Positions 12,786-21,937 of a stretch of DNA of 45,212 nucleotides are shown here, piece by piece. The notes beneath the pieces were generated by a model. It was given only the letters and a program-made list of their open reading frames with translations. It was not told where the DNA came from and did not search any database. The first letter of the stretch is position 1. Each line of letters starts with the position of its first letter. The stretch covers positions 1-45,212 of the forward strand of contig JBGUUU010000031.1 of NCBI GenBank assembly GCA_045133775.1, in the 5' to 3' direction. The position numbers and the translations under genes are program-made. Source of the stretch: Christensenellaceae bacterium (GTDB lineage: Bacteria > Bacillota > Clostridia > Christensenellales > Borkfalkiaceae).

Positions 12786-15700
12786 AAGCGTCGATAGTAG
12801 AAATACAAAGCGTAGTTTCTTCTAATACGTCGAGAAGAACTTTTACAGTATCGAGCGACGTAAAGATTGTTACGTTAGACTCCGTTGCATATTTTCTAAT
12901 TTGGTATCCGTCTGATGCTGACGAAGGTGAACCTACACTGCTTGTGTTGATAACATACGCAATGTGACCTTGACGGATAGAATCAAAGATTTCTTCACTT
13001 TCTTCAATCTTTTTAAGAACGTGTGTTCTTATGCCGTTTTCTTTAAGGAATTTAGCCGTGCCTGCAGTAGCTTCAATATTAAAACCAAGGTTGTAGAAAC
13101 GACGGATAAGTGGAAGGGCTTCTTCTTTATCTTTATCTGCAATAGTTGCAAATACAGTTCCATAATTTTGAAGGTGCATGCCTGATGCTTGTAATGCTTT
13201 ATAAAGCGCACGGTTAAGTTTATCATCATAACCGATAGCTTCACCAGTTGACTTCATTTCAGGAGAAAGGTATGCGTCTAAGCCCCTAATCTTATTGAAT
13301 GAGAATACAGGAACTTTTACGTACCATCTTTGCTTTTCTTCTGGATATATATCGAAAATACCTTGTTCTTTTAATGTTTTACCCATAATAACTTCGGTAG
13401 CGATATCTGCTAAGCTATAACCCGTTGCTTTAGAAAGGAAAGGAACAGTTCTTGAAGAACGTGGGTTTACTTCGATAATATAAACTTTTTCATCTTTATC
13501 TACGATAAATTGAATATTGTAAAGACCTTTAATGCCTATGCCTACGCCAAGTTTTTTAGCATACTGCAAGATAATGCCTTTTACCTTGTTTGAAATACTG
13601 AACGTTGGGTATACGCTTATTGAGTCGCCCGAGTGAATACCCGTTCTTTCAACAAGCTCCATAATACCTGGAACAAATACATCTCTACCATCGCAAATTG
13701 CGTCGATTTCAACTTCTTTACCGATAATATATTTATCAACAAGTACTGGCTTATCTTCATCAATTTCAACGGCAGTTTTAAGATAATGTCTAAGTTGGTC
13801 TTCGTTTGAAACGATTTGCATTGCTCTACCACCTAAAACAAAGCTAGGTCTTACAAGAACAGGGTAACCAATTTTTGCAGCGGCAGCAACACCGTCTTCA
13901 ATCTTAGTAACTGCTCTACCTTCTGGCTGTGGAATGCCAAGGTCTTTTAAGAGTTTTTCAAATCTGTCACGGTTTTCTGCCTTGTCGATAGCATCGCAGT
14001 CCGTTCCAATAATTTCAACGCCCCTTCTCATAAGTGGCTCTGCTAAGTTAATTGCAGTTTGACCACCGAGAGATGCGATAACGCCTTGTGGGTTTTCAAA
14101 CTCAACGATGTTCATAACGTCTTCTGGAGTTAATGGCTCAAAGTAGAGTTTATCTGCAGTAGTATAGTCTGTAGAAACAGTTTCTGGGTTATTATTAATA
14201 ATGATTGCTTCATAGCCAGAGTTTTTGATAGTTTGAACTGCGTGAACTGTAGAATAGTCGAATTCTACGCCTTGACCAATTCTAATAGGACCTGCGCCTA
14301 ACACGACAGCCTTTTGCTTGTCGGTAAGAATAGATGCGTTTTCGCCTGTATATGAAGAATAGAAATAAGGAATATAAGCGCCACTATATAAGGTATCAAC
14401 CATCTTGAAGATAGGCTTAATATTGTTTTCTCTTCTTAAGTTGTAAACGTCAATTTCCTTCACACCCCAAAGTTTTGCGATATATGGATCAGAAAAACCA
14501 AGCTTTTTAGCATCAACAAGAGTTTTTAAATCGCCCTTGTTTGCTTTTAAGGTGTTTTCCATATCTACAACATTCTTAAAACTCTCTAAGAAAAGTTCTG
14601 TAATCTTAGTTACGTCGTGAATTTTAGCAATACTTTCGCCACGGCGTAAAAGTTCGGTAACGGCAAAGATATTATCCGACTTAAACTCCGTTAAATATTC
14701 GTAAAGCTCCTGTGTTGTATAGCTATCAAATTTAGCAAGATATAAATGGTTTACACCAATTTCGAGTGAACGAACAGACTTAAGTAAACACTCTTCAAGG
14801 TTAGAACCAATACCCATAACTTCACCCGTAGCCTTCATTTGAGTGCCGAGTTGGTTTGATGCAGACGTAAACTTATCAAATGGGAATCTTGGGAATTTTG
14901 CAACTATGTAATCAAGCCTTGGCTCGTGATCAGCTGTAGTGCCTGCAACTTGAATTTCATCTAAAGTCATACCTACTGCAATTTTAGCTGTAACTCTTGC
15001 AATAGGATATCCACTTGCCTTTGATGCAAGCGCTGAAGAACGAGAAACTCTTGGGTTTACTTCGATAAGGTAATATTCGCTAGTAGTTGGGTTTAATGCA
15101 AATTGAACGTTGCAACCACCTTCGATTTTGAGCTCTCTAATAATTTTGATAGCGCTATCGTTGAGCATCTTTAAATCCTTATCGCTGAGTGAAAGGATAG
15201 GAGCAACAACAACGGAGTCGCCTGTGTGAACGCCAACAGGGTCGATATTTTCCATACCACAAATCGTGATTGCCTTATCCGAGCTATCACGCATAACTTC
15301 AAACTCAATTTCCTTATAACCCTTTACGCTCTTTTCGATAAGAACTTGGTGAACAGGAGAAAGCTTAAACGCGTTAAGACCGATTTCGATAAGCTCTTTT
15401 TCGTTATAAGCAAATCCGCCGCCAGTTCCACCTAAGGTAAATGCAGGACGAAGAACGACAGGGTAACCGATTCTCTCTGCTGCAGCTTTAGCTTCTTCTA
15501 AGCTATAAGTGATTTCAGATGGAATTGTAGGCTCGCCGATTGATTGACAGAGCTCTTTGAACATTTCTCTATCTTCTGCTCTTTCGATACTTTCGCTACT
15601 TGTTCCTAAAAGTTCAACTCTACACTCTTTTAAAACACCCTTCTTTTCAAGTTGCATTGCAAGGTTAAGACCTGTTTGTCCACCGATACCGGGAACGATA

Positions 15701-15954
15701 GCGTCTGGTCTTTCATAGCGGAGAATCTTTGCAATATACTCAAGGGTTAAAGGCTCCATATAAACCTTATCTGCAATAGTGGTATCCGTCATTATAGTTG
15801 CAGGGTTTGAGTTTACGAGCACTACTTCGTAGCCTTCTTCTTTAAGGGCAAGACACGCTTGTGTGCCTGCGTAGTCGAACTCTGCCGCTTGACCTATAAC
15901 GATAGGACCTGAACCAATGATCAAAATCTTTTTTAAGTCTGTTCTCTTTGCCAT
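12784..15954 (-). CDS. carB: Carbamoyl-phosphate synthase large subunit
   Basis: 1056 aa; duplicated ATP-grasp halves and an MGS-like C-terminus; typical N-terminal KILIIGSGPIVIGQAAEFDYAGTQA. Confidence 0.95.
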   Translation of the reverse strand: MAKRTDLKKILIIGSGPIVIGQAAEFDYAGTQACLALKEEGYEVVLVNSNPATIMTDTTIADKVYMEPLTLEYIAKILRYERPDAIVPGIGGQTGLNLAMQLEKKGVLKECRVELLGTSSESIERAEDREMFKELCQSIGEPTIPSEITYSLEEAKAAAERIGYPVVLRPAFTLGGTGGGFAYNEKELIEIGLNAFKLSPVHQVLIEKSVKGYKEIEFEVMRDSSDKAITICGMENIDPVGVHTGDSVVVAPILSLSDKDLKMLNDSAIKIIRELKIEGGCNVQFALNPTTSEYYLIEVNPRVSRSSALASKASGYPIARVTAKIAVGMTLDEIQVAGTTADHEPRLDYIVAKFPRFPFDKFTSASNQLGTQMKATGEVMGIGSNLEECLLKSVRSLEIGVNHLYLAKFDSYTTQELYEYLTEFKSDNIFAVTELLRRGESIAKIHDVTKITELFLESFKNVVDMENTLKANKGDLKTLVDAKKLGFSDPYIAKLWGVKEIDVYNLRRENNIKPIFKMVDTLYSGAYIPYFYSSYTGENASILTDKQKAVVLGAGPIRIGQGVEFDYSTVHAVQTIKNSGYEAIIINNNPETVSTDYTTADKLYFEPLTPEDVMNIVEFENPQGVIASLGGQTAINLAEPLMRRGVEIIGTDCDAIDKAENRDRFEKLLKDLGIPQPEGRAVTKIEDGVAAAAKIGYPVLVRPSFVLGGRAMQIVSNEDQLRHYLKTAVEIDEDKPVLVDKYIIGKEVEIDAICDGRDVFVPGIMELVERTGIHSGDSISVYPTFSISNKVKGIILQYAKKLGVGIGIKGLYNIQFIVDKDEKVYIIEVNPRSSRTVPFLSKATGYSLADIATEVIMGKTLKEQGIFDIYPEEKQRWYVKVPVFSFNKIRGLDAYLSPEMKSTGEAIGYDDKLNRALYKALQASGMHLQNYGTVFATIADKDKEEALPLIRRFYNLGFNIEATAGTAKFLKENGIRTHVLKKIEESEEIFDSIRQGHIAYVINTSSVGSPSSASDGYQIRKYATESNVTIFTSLDTVKVLLDVLEETTLCISTIDA

Positions 15955-16013
15955 TTGTTTGCCTCCAATTTTATATCTGTAAAAATTTTATTTTTTAATT
16001 TAAGTGGCTTATA

Positions 16014-17231
16014 TCAAGCCTTTTTGTAAACGACCTTGCCGTCGCATACGGTTAAAAGGTTTACGCCGAAAAGCTTTTGCCCTTCAAAAGGAGTTGCCCT
16101 GCCTTTTGATAAAAACTCTTCTGGGTTTACCGTGAACTCTTCGTTTAAATCCCAAACGGAGAAATCTTTGCCGAGTGGAATATTAAATCTCTTTCTTGGG
16201 TTTATCGCAAGTAAATCAATAAGTTTTTCTAAAGTGATTATACCTGTTTTTACAAGCCCCGTATAACATACTGCAAACGCAGTTTCTATGCCAACTATAC
16301 CAAACGCGCTATTAGAAAGCCCCTTTGACTTTTCTTCTTTAGAGTGTGGCGCGTGGTCGGTTGCTATCATTTCTATAGTGCCGTCTTTTATTCCTTCGAT
16401 TAAAGCGAGCTTATCTTCTTTAGAGCGAAGTGGCGGATTCATTTTAAACTTGCCGTCTTCTTGCAAATCACTATCATCCATAACAAGGTAGTGTGGCGCA
16501 GTTTCGCAAGAAACGTTTAGCCCTTCTTTTTTAGCCTTTCTTATAAGCTCAACGCTTTCTTTAGTTGAGATGTGGCAAACGTGATAAGCGCAACCCGTCT
16601 TTTTAACAAGTTCTAAATCTCTTGCAATTTGCTCGTATTCACTAGCCGAACAAATACCTTTATGACCGTGTGCTTTTGCGTATTCGCCGTCGTGAATATA
16701 ACCACCCTTTAAAAGAGCGTTTACTTCGCAATGGGCTACTATCATTTTGCCGAGCGATTTGGCTTTAAGCATTGCCTTTTCCATCATCTCGTCAGACTGA
16801 ACGCCCCTTCCGTCGTCTGAAAAAGCGATTGCTATATCTTTCATACCATCCATATCAGAAAGTTCTTCGCCCTTTTGCCCAACCGTTATCGAGCCGTATG
16901 GATAAACGTGTATGCACGAAGTATTTTTAACAATATCCGTTTGAATAGAAATATTCTCTACGCTATCTGGCACGGGATTTAAATTTGGCATAGTGCAAAC
17001 TGCAGTATAACCACCCCTTGCAGATGCTTTTGAGCCCGTTTCTATACTCTCTTTATAAAAAAAACCCGGCTCACGAAAATGCACGTGCACGTCGCAAAAA
17101 CCGGGAATAACACACAAATTATCAATATTAGAAGACAATGCGCCGAAATCAAAAGAAAAACCCTTATAAGAATTAGCAATTCCCACAGAGCTTTGTCTAT
17201 TTACGGTAATAATGTCCTTTAACGCCTTCAT
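16014..17231 (-). CDS. pyrC: Dihydroorotase
   Basis: 405 aa; DVHVHFREPG metal-binding motif, ...TDHAPH. Confidence 0.9.
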   Translation of the reverse strand: MKALKDIITVNRQSSVGIANSYKGFSFDFGALSSNIDNLCVIPGFCDVHVHFREPGFFYKESIETGSKASARGGYTAVCTMPNLNPVPDSVENISIQTDIVKNTSCIHVYPYGSITVGQKGEELSDMDGMKDIAIAFSDDGRGVQSDEMMEKAMLKAKSLGKMIVAHCEVNALLKGGYIHDGEYAKAHGHKGICSASEYEQIARDLELVKKTGCAYHVCHISTKESVELIRKAKKEGLNVSCETAPHYLVMDDSDLQEDGKFKMNPPLRSKEDKLALIEGIKDGTIEMIATDHAPHSKEEKSKGLSNSAFGIVGIETAFAVCYTGLVKTGIITLEKLIDLLAINPRKRFNIPLGKDFSVWDLNEEFTVNPEEFLSKGRATPFEGQKLFGVNLLTVCDGKVVYKKA

Positions 17232-17273
17232 CCGTTCTCCTTAAAGTATAAAACTTTAAAAATAATTTTTATT

Positions 17274-17302
17274 ATTATAACAAAACAATTTTAACTTGTC
17301 AA
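17274..17302 (-). promoter_or_regulatory. Consensus sigma-A promoter of pyrC-carB-pyrKDFEB
   Basis: Minus strand: TTGACA (17302-17297), 17-nt spacer, TATAAT (17279-17274). The short 5' UTR has no attenuator hairpin. Confidence 0.65.
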
Positions 17303-17398
17303 TTATATATTTTATATATAAGACAAAAATTTTAGCCAACTTTTATATTTTTAAACTACAACCAGCTAGTAAATAACATAAAGCGCATACACTTGCAG

Positions 17399-17433
17399 TA
17401 AAAAAAGCCTTTGCGATAGACGCGCAAAGGCTT
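17399..17433 (-). terminator. Terminator ending the PRT-like gene plus repeat transcript
   Basis: Minus strand: AAGCCTTTGCG-cgtctat-CGCAAAGGCTT followed by TTTTTTT. Confidence 0.7.
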
Positions 17434-17477
17434 ATATAATATCAAATTTTGCTTTAAAAAAAATTTAGGTTAGGCTT

Positions 17478-17600
17478 AAAGGCTTAGATGCGAGTAAGAC
17501 GAGGCGTTTGCTTTTTAGAGGCAGGGAGCAACCTCTTTGGTCGCAGGAATGTTTATAAAAGGCAAAGTATTGCTTAGTGTTACACCGTGCTTTATTTTAT
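17478..17600 (-). repeat. Structured interspersed repeat, copy D1 (diverged distal end)
   Basis: AAAGGCTTAGATGCGAGTAAGACGAGG... and GCAACC-TCTTT-GGTCGC match the family. In tandem with D2. Confidence 0.55.
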
Positions 17601-17602
17601 TT

Positions 17603-17723
17603 AAAGGCTTAGATGCGAACAAAAGAAGGCTCGCTTTAAGGGATAAGACACAATAGACCTTGTTGGTCATTGGGGTTTAGACCTTAAAGCAGTAACACAC
17701 TTTTGTGAAGCATATAAGACTTT
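17603..17723 (-). repeat. Structured 121-nt interspersed repeat, copy D2
   Basis: Near-identical to copy C except for paired (compensatory) differences. TA flanks. Its terminal A completes the TAA stop (17724-17722) of the PRT-like gene. Confidence 0.75.
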
Positions 17724-18363
17724 AAAGTTTAGAATAGCCGTGGCTATTTACAAGCGCATCAATCTTTCTGCCTTGTTTACACATTGGACATTGGTGCGCC
17801 GGATAACTTGCATAGCCCTGCAAGTCCGTAGGGTCGAAAACTGAATGAACTTCATAACCAGAACACTCGTCAACGGTTGCGAAAATTGCGCTTACACCGG
17901 CAACGCTACCACCGTAATATTTTACAGCTTCTATCGCTGCGTTTGCAGTATAACCCGTTGTAACCGATGCAGACAAAATAAGCACGTTTTTGCCTTTTAC
18001 CGTTGGAATTATGTTATCTCTTAACAAAAGTTGGCTACCAGACGTATGCTCAGGAGTTATTACGTAAACGGTTTTATGCTCGTTCATGCTCATAAATCCA
18101 CCTTTTGTAAGCTCATCTGCAAGACAAGTGCCTACAACCTGCATACCGTCAAGACACAAAATAGTGTCGATTATAGTGCTTGTTCTATAAAATGAAACCA
18201 AAGTTGACGCGATTGCTCTTGCTTCAGAAAGCCTTGTTTTTTGCATTGTAACGTCAATATAGTAGTTTATATGGCTATGGCTCGTTGCAAAGTGACCTTC
18301 TGCTACGCGAAGGGTAAGATTTGAATTTTTTACTGCTACTTTTCTAACTTTTTCTACAGGCAT
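17722..18363 (-). CDS. Phosphoribosyltransferase-fold protein with a degenerate PRPP-binding loop (function unknown)
   Basis: 213 aa. PRT-type loop VLILSASVTTGYT, in which the usual acidic pair (DD/ED) is replaced by SA. C-terminal CPMC motif. Confidence 0.55.
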   Translation of the reverse strand: MPVEKVRKVAVKNSNLTLRVAEGHFATSHSHINYYIDVTMQKTRLSEARAIASTLVSFYRTSTIIDTILCLDGMQVVGTCLADELTKGGFMSMNEHKTVYVITPEHTSGSQLLLRDNIIPTVKGKNVLILSASVTTGYTANAAIEAVKYYGGSVAGVSAIFATVDECSGYEVHSVFDPTDLQGYASYPAHQCPMCKQGRKIDALVNSHGYSKL

Positions 18364-18454
18364 AAAAATACCCCTTTTTCTTTATGTTATCATATATGGA
18401 ATATTCTTGTCAATATCGTTTGCAAAATTTTGCTACTTTTATACCTTTTATGGT

Positions 18455-18485
18455 AAAAGCGACGCTTAAGTTAGCGTCGCTTTTT
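18455..18485. terminator. Bidirectional terminator after the ABC exporter genes
   Basis: GCGACGCT-taagtt-AGCGTCGC flanked by AAAA and TTTTT. Confidence 0.65.
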
Positions 18486-18486
18486 G

Positions 18487-20226
18487 CTACTTTTCGAATT
18501 GACTGTTATAAAGGGTATGATAAAATCCTTTCTTTTCTAAAAGCTCTTCGTGCGAGCCTTGCTCTATCACGTTACCGTCTTTCATAACGAGTATTTTATC
18601 TGCATTTTTAATAGTTGATAATCTGTGCGCTACGATAAATGAAGTTTTACCTTTCGTGAGCTCGTTGAACGCGCTTTGAATTTTCATTTCCGTCCTCGTG
18701 TCGATAGAAGACGTTGCTTCATCTAAAATAAGCATAGGTGGAAGGCAAAGCATAACCCTTGCAATACACAAAAGTTGTTTCTGCCCTTGCGACAAGCAGT
18801 TATCATCAATTACCGTATCGTAACCAAACGGCAATCTCTTTATAAAACTATGCGCGTGTGAACGCTTTGACGCGGTTATAATTTCTTCATCAGTTGCATC
18901 TTGCTTGCCAATGCAAATATTTTCTTTAACTGTTGCTTTTCTTATCCAAGTATCTTGTAACACCATGCCGTATTGAGCCCTAAGCTCTCGCCTAGAAATC
19001 GACGTTATATCTTGTCCGTCTACGCAAATTTTGCCCCTATCTATTTCATAAAACCGCATCAATAGGTTGATTAACGTTGTTTTTCCGCAACCAGTATGGC
19101 CAACAATGGCGATCTTTTGCCCTGCGCTAACGTCAAGGTTAAAACTGCTTATTAAAGGCTTATCTTTAGAATATGAAAAGTCTACGCCATCAGCGTTTAC
19201 GTTGCCGTCTATCGGCAAATTAAAGTGACTGTCTTTAGCATCAGTTTCTTCGTGCACTTCTAAAATATCAAACATTCTTTGGGCGCAAGCCGTCGCGCCG
19301 GAAAGCTCTGTCATAACCGAAGATATTTCATTAAACGGCTTTGTGTATCTATTAGCGTAGCTAAGTAGCGCCAAAATTGAGCCTGCCGTAACGGCAAACA
19401 CACCACTACCACCCTTTAGCGCAAGCAACGCGCCTGTAAGCGCAACTGAAGAATATACTAAAGAGTTTACAAATCTCGTAACTGGGTTTGTTAGCGAAGA
19501 GAAAAATACTGCTTTAAAAGACGTCTTTTTATACTCGTCGTTGACCTTTTCAAAATCCTTAACAAACTCATCTTCTTGCGCATACGCTTTTACGGTAGAT
19601 AAATTGCCTAACGTTTCTTCTATCATTGCAGTTTGTCTACCGGATATTTGCGACTGACCTTTGAAAAACTTATACGTTTTGCCTGTAATAAATTTTGCAA
19701 CGAAAAGCGAAATTGGGGTAATTACAACTACTACACCTGCAATGAGTGGGTTTAGCATAACCATAAATATAAGCGTGCCAACAATTGTTAAAAGCCCCGT
19801 GAAAAGCTTTGAAAAACCTAAGAGCAAGCCTTCTGCTATCTTATCTGCGTCGCCTATTTCTACGCTTAAAATATCGCCGACAGGTCGCTTATCAATATAA
19901 GAAAGTGGCACTCTTTGTAATTTGTTAAAGGTGTCTTTTCTAAGCCTTTTTACAACTCCGTTTGATATAATAGTGCATAAAATTTCGGTAAACCATTGCA
20001 TTAAACCTGCAATTAACGCGCATATAGACGCAGTTATGCCTATTTTAAGCACTCCGTCTAAGTCGACGTTGCCTTTAGATATAATCAAATCGGTAGCATT
20101 GCCGAAAAGTATAGGAAGATAAAGCTGAAACACAACGTAAATGCCTGCAGTTATTATAGAAAGAATAAAAGCAAAGCGATATTTACCAACGTAAGCCCAA
20201 AGTTTTTTTAACGCGCCCTTTTTCAT
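18487..20226 (-). CDS. ABC exporter fused permease/ATPase, consensus-site half of a heterodimer
   Basis: 579 aa. Six-TM N-terminal domain; Walker A GHTGCGKTT, signature LSQGQKQ, Walker B LILDEATS (catalytic Glu present). Confidence 0.85.
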   Translation of the reverse strand: MKKGALKKLWAYVGKYRFAFILSIITAGIYVVFQLYLPILFGNATDLIISKGNVDLDGVLKIGITASICALIAGLMQWFTEILCTIISNGVVKRLRKDTFNKLQRVPLSYIDKRPVGDILSVEIGDADKIAEGLLLGFSKLFTGLLTIVGTLIFMVMLNPLIAGVVVVITPISLFVAKFITGKTYKFFKGQSQISGRQTAMIEETLGNLSTVKAYAQEDEFVKDFEKVNDEYKKTSFKAVFFSSLTNPVTRFVNSLVYSSVALTGALLALKGGSGVFAVTAGSILALLSYANRYTKPFNEISSVMTELSGATACAQRMFDILEVHEETDAKDSHFNLPIDGNVNADGVDFSYSKDKPLISSFNLDVSAGQKIAIVGHTGCGKTTLINLLMRFYEIDRGKICVDGQDITSISRRELRAQYGMVLQDTWIRKATVKENICIGKQDATDEEIITASKRSHAHSFIKRLPFGYDTVIDDNCLSQGQKQLLCIARVMLCLPPMLILDEATSSIDTRTEMKIQSAFNELTKGKTSFIVAHRLSTIKNADKILVMKDGNVIEQGSHEELLEKKGFYHTLYNSQFEK

Positions 20227-21932
20227 ACTGCACCCCCTTTGCTTTGGGAGTCTTCTATTTCTCTATAGATTTCACAGCTATTATAAAGCTCGTCGTGAGC
20301 GCCTATACCAACAATCTCGCCGTCGTCTAACACGATAATCTTATCGGCATCTTTTATTGACGCCGTTCTTTGAGAAACGATTATCAACGTTTGATCGTGC
20401 TCTTGATTTTTAAGAGCTCGCCTTAAATTCAAGTCGGTTACGTAGTCAAGCGCGGATGAAGAGTCGTCTAAAATAAGAATTTCAGTTTTAGCAACTATTG
20501 CCCTTGCAAGAGAAAGCCTTTGTCTTTGTCCGCCAGAGAAATTTTTTCCACCTTGCTCTACAACAGAATCTAAACCGTTGTCTTTTGCCGATAACACGTC
20601 GTTTGCTTGCGCCGTGCTTATTGCAAAAGCCATATCTTCATCACTAGCAGTTGGGTTGCCCATTAAAAGATTGCTTTTTATAGTGCCTTTAAAAAGAGTT
20701 GGCTTTTGAAGAGCAATTGCAACCAAACTCTTTCTCTCATTTTGAGAAAGACCGTTTATGTCTTTTCCTTTTATATATATAGCGCCGTCACGACAGGTAT
20801 AAAGCCCCGCTAAAAGATTTACAACGGTTGTCTTTCCACTACCCGTGCCACCTATTATACCAACGGTTTGCCCCTTTTGTATTGTAAAGCTTACGTTAGT
20901 TAAAACGTCGCCACCGCCGTATGATGCGCAAACGTTTTTAAACTCGATAAACGGGCTATTTTCTTCATCTTTTAAAACGCTCTTTTCTTCAACTTGAATT
21001 TCAAGAGTTTGACTTATTCTCTTGCCTGACGCTATTGCCTTAGATATGCTTACAACAAGGTTTGCAAACTTAATAAGCTCTACTAAAATTTGCGATAAAT
21101 AGTCGTATAAGGCGATTATTGCGCCCTGAGTAAGTATACCAAGGCTTACCTTGATACCCCCGAAATACAAAAGGGCAACTATTGCAAGGTTTACAACGCA
21201 GAACGTCAAAGGGTTAAGCGCGGCAGATATTTTGCCCGTCGCATTTTGGAATTTTTCAAGGGCTTCAACTCTCTTTTTATATCCTGCAATTTCAGTATCT
21301 TCAACGCCAAAAGCCCTAACAACTCTTGCGCCTGTTAAATTTTCTCTAGCAGTTAAAGAAACGCCGTCGAGCATCTGTTGTGCCTTGGAAAATTTAGACA
21401 TTGTAATCGCCATAATTAAGACTACAATCAAAGCTAAAATAGCAATTGCTAGAACAAAAATAAGGGCTATTTTTATGTTTATTAAAAGCGCAGCTACAAA
21501 CGCGCCGACAACTACGAAAGGTGAACGGAGCAAAAGTCTTAGCGCAAGGTTGACACCACTTTGCACCTTGCCGACGTCGCTAGTCATAGTAGTTATCATT
21601 TTGGCCGTTCCAACTTCATCAGTTTTAGAAAGTGGAAGGCTTACAAGTTTATTGTAAAGCGCGCCCCTTAAATCTGACGAATAGCCTACCGCAGCCTTTG
21701 CCGAGAAAAACTGCCCTGCAAGCGAAAACGCCAAGCCAAGCACACCCAAGGCAACCATTAAAGCTACGTCTAAAATTATTACGTTTTTATTTGCCCCGTT
21801 TATACCCCTGTCTATAATATCGGCAACGAGCAAAGGAATAAATAATTCCAATAGAGCTTCGGCAAGCTTTAATAAGGGCGCTAAAACACACTCTTTTTTG
21901 TATGCCGAAAAATATGAGAAAATCTTTTTCAT
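20223..21932 (-). CDS. ABC exporter fused permease/ATPase, degenerate-site half of a heterodimer
   Basis: 569 aa. Walker A GGTGSGKTT, signature FSGGQRQR, Walker B ILILDDSSS (Asp in place of the catalytic Glu). ATGA overlap with the partner gene. Confidence 0.85.
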   Translation of the reverse strand: MKKIFSYFSAYKKECVLAPLLKLAEALLELFIPLLVADIIDRGINGANKNVIILDVALMVALGVLGLAFSLAGQFFSAKAAVGYSSDLRGALYNKLVSLPLSKTDEVGTAKMITTMTSDVGKVQSGVNLALRLLLRSPFVVVGAFVAALLINIKIALIFVLAIAILALIVVLIMAITMSKFSKAQQMLDGVSLTARENLTGARVVRAFGVEDTEIAGYKKRVEALEKFQNATGKISAALNPLTFCVVNLAIVALLYFGGIKVSLGILTQGAIIALYDYLSQILVELIKFANLVVSISKAIASGKRISQTLEIQVEEKSVLKDEENSPFIEFKNVCASYGGGDVLTNVSFTIQKGQTVGIIGGTGSGKTTVVNLLAGLYTCRDGAIYIKGKDINGLSQNERKSLVAIALQKPTLFKGTIKSNLLMGNPTASDEDMAFAISTAQANDVLSAKDNGLDSVVEQGGKNFSGGQRQRLSLARAIVAKTEILILDDSSSALDYVTDLNLRRALKNQEHDQTLIIVSQRTASIKDADKIIVLDDGEIVGIGAHDELYNSCEIYREIEDSQSKGGAV

Positions 21933-21937
21933 TTATC

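Noticed and set aside
16004-16024. GGCTTATATCAAGCC hairpin overlapping the pyrC stop, as a possible excision footprint of the repeat family
   Set aside because: It resembles the extreme repeat termini. However, it is only ~15 nt and AAGGCTT/AAGCCTT also occurs in ordinary terminator stems here (5576-5615, 17399-17433). I cannot tell it apart from chance.
17232-17720. PyrR-type attenuator, or the repeats acting as PyrR-binding loops, in the pyr leader and carB-pyrK spacer
   Set aside because: No UCCAGAGAGGCU-like binding loop or terminator/antiterminator alternative is present downstream of the pyrC promoter. The structured repeat also occurs next to arsR/fba, so it is not pyr-specific.
21151-21657. 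168-aa plus-strand ORF, with other internal antisense ORFs (e.g. 11822-12262, 25414-25731, 26903-27253, 41765-42157)
   Set aside because: All lie fully inside strongly supported genes on the opposite strand. They are typical shadow ORFs.
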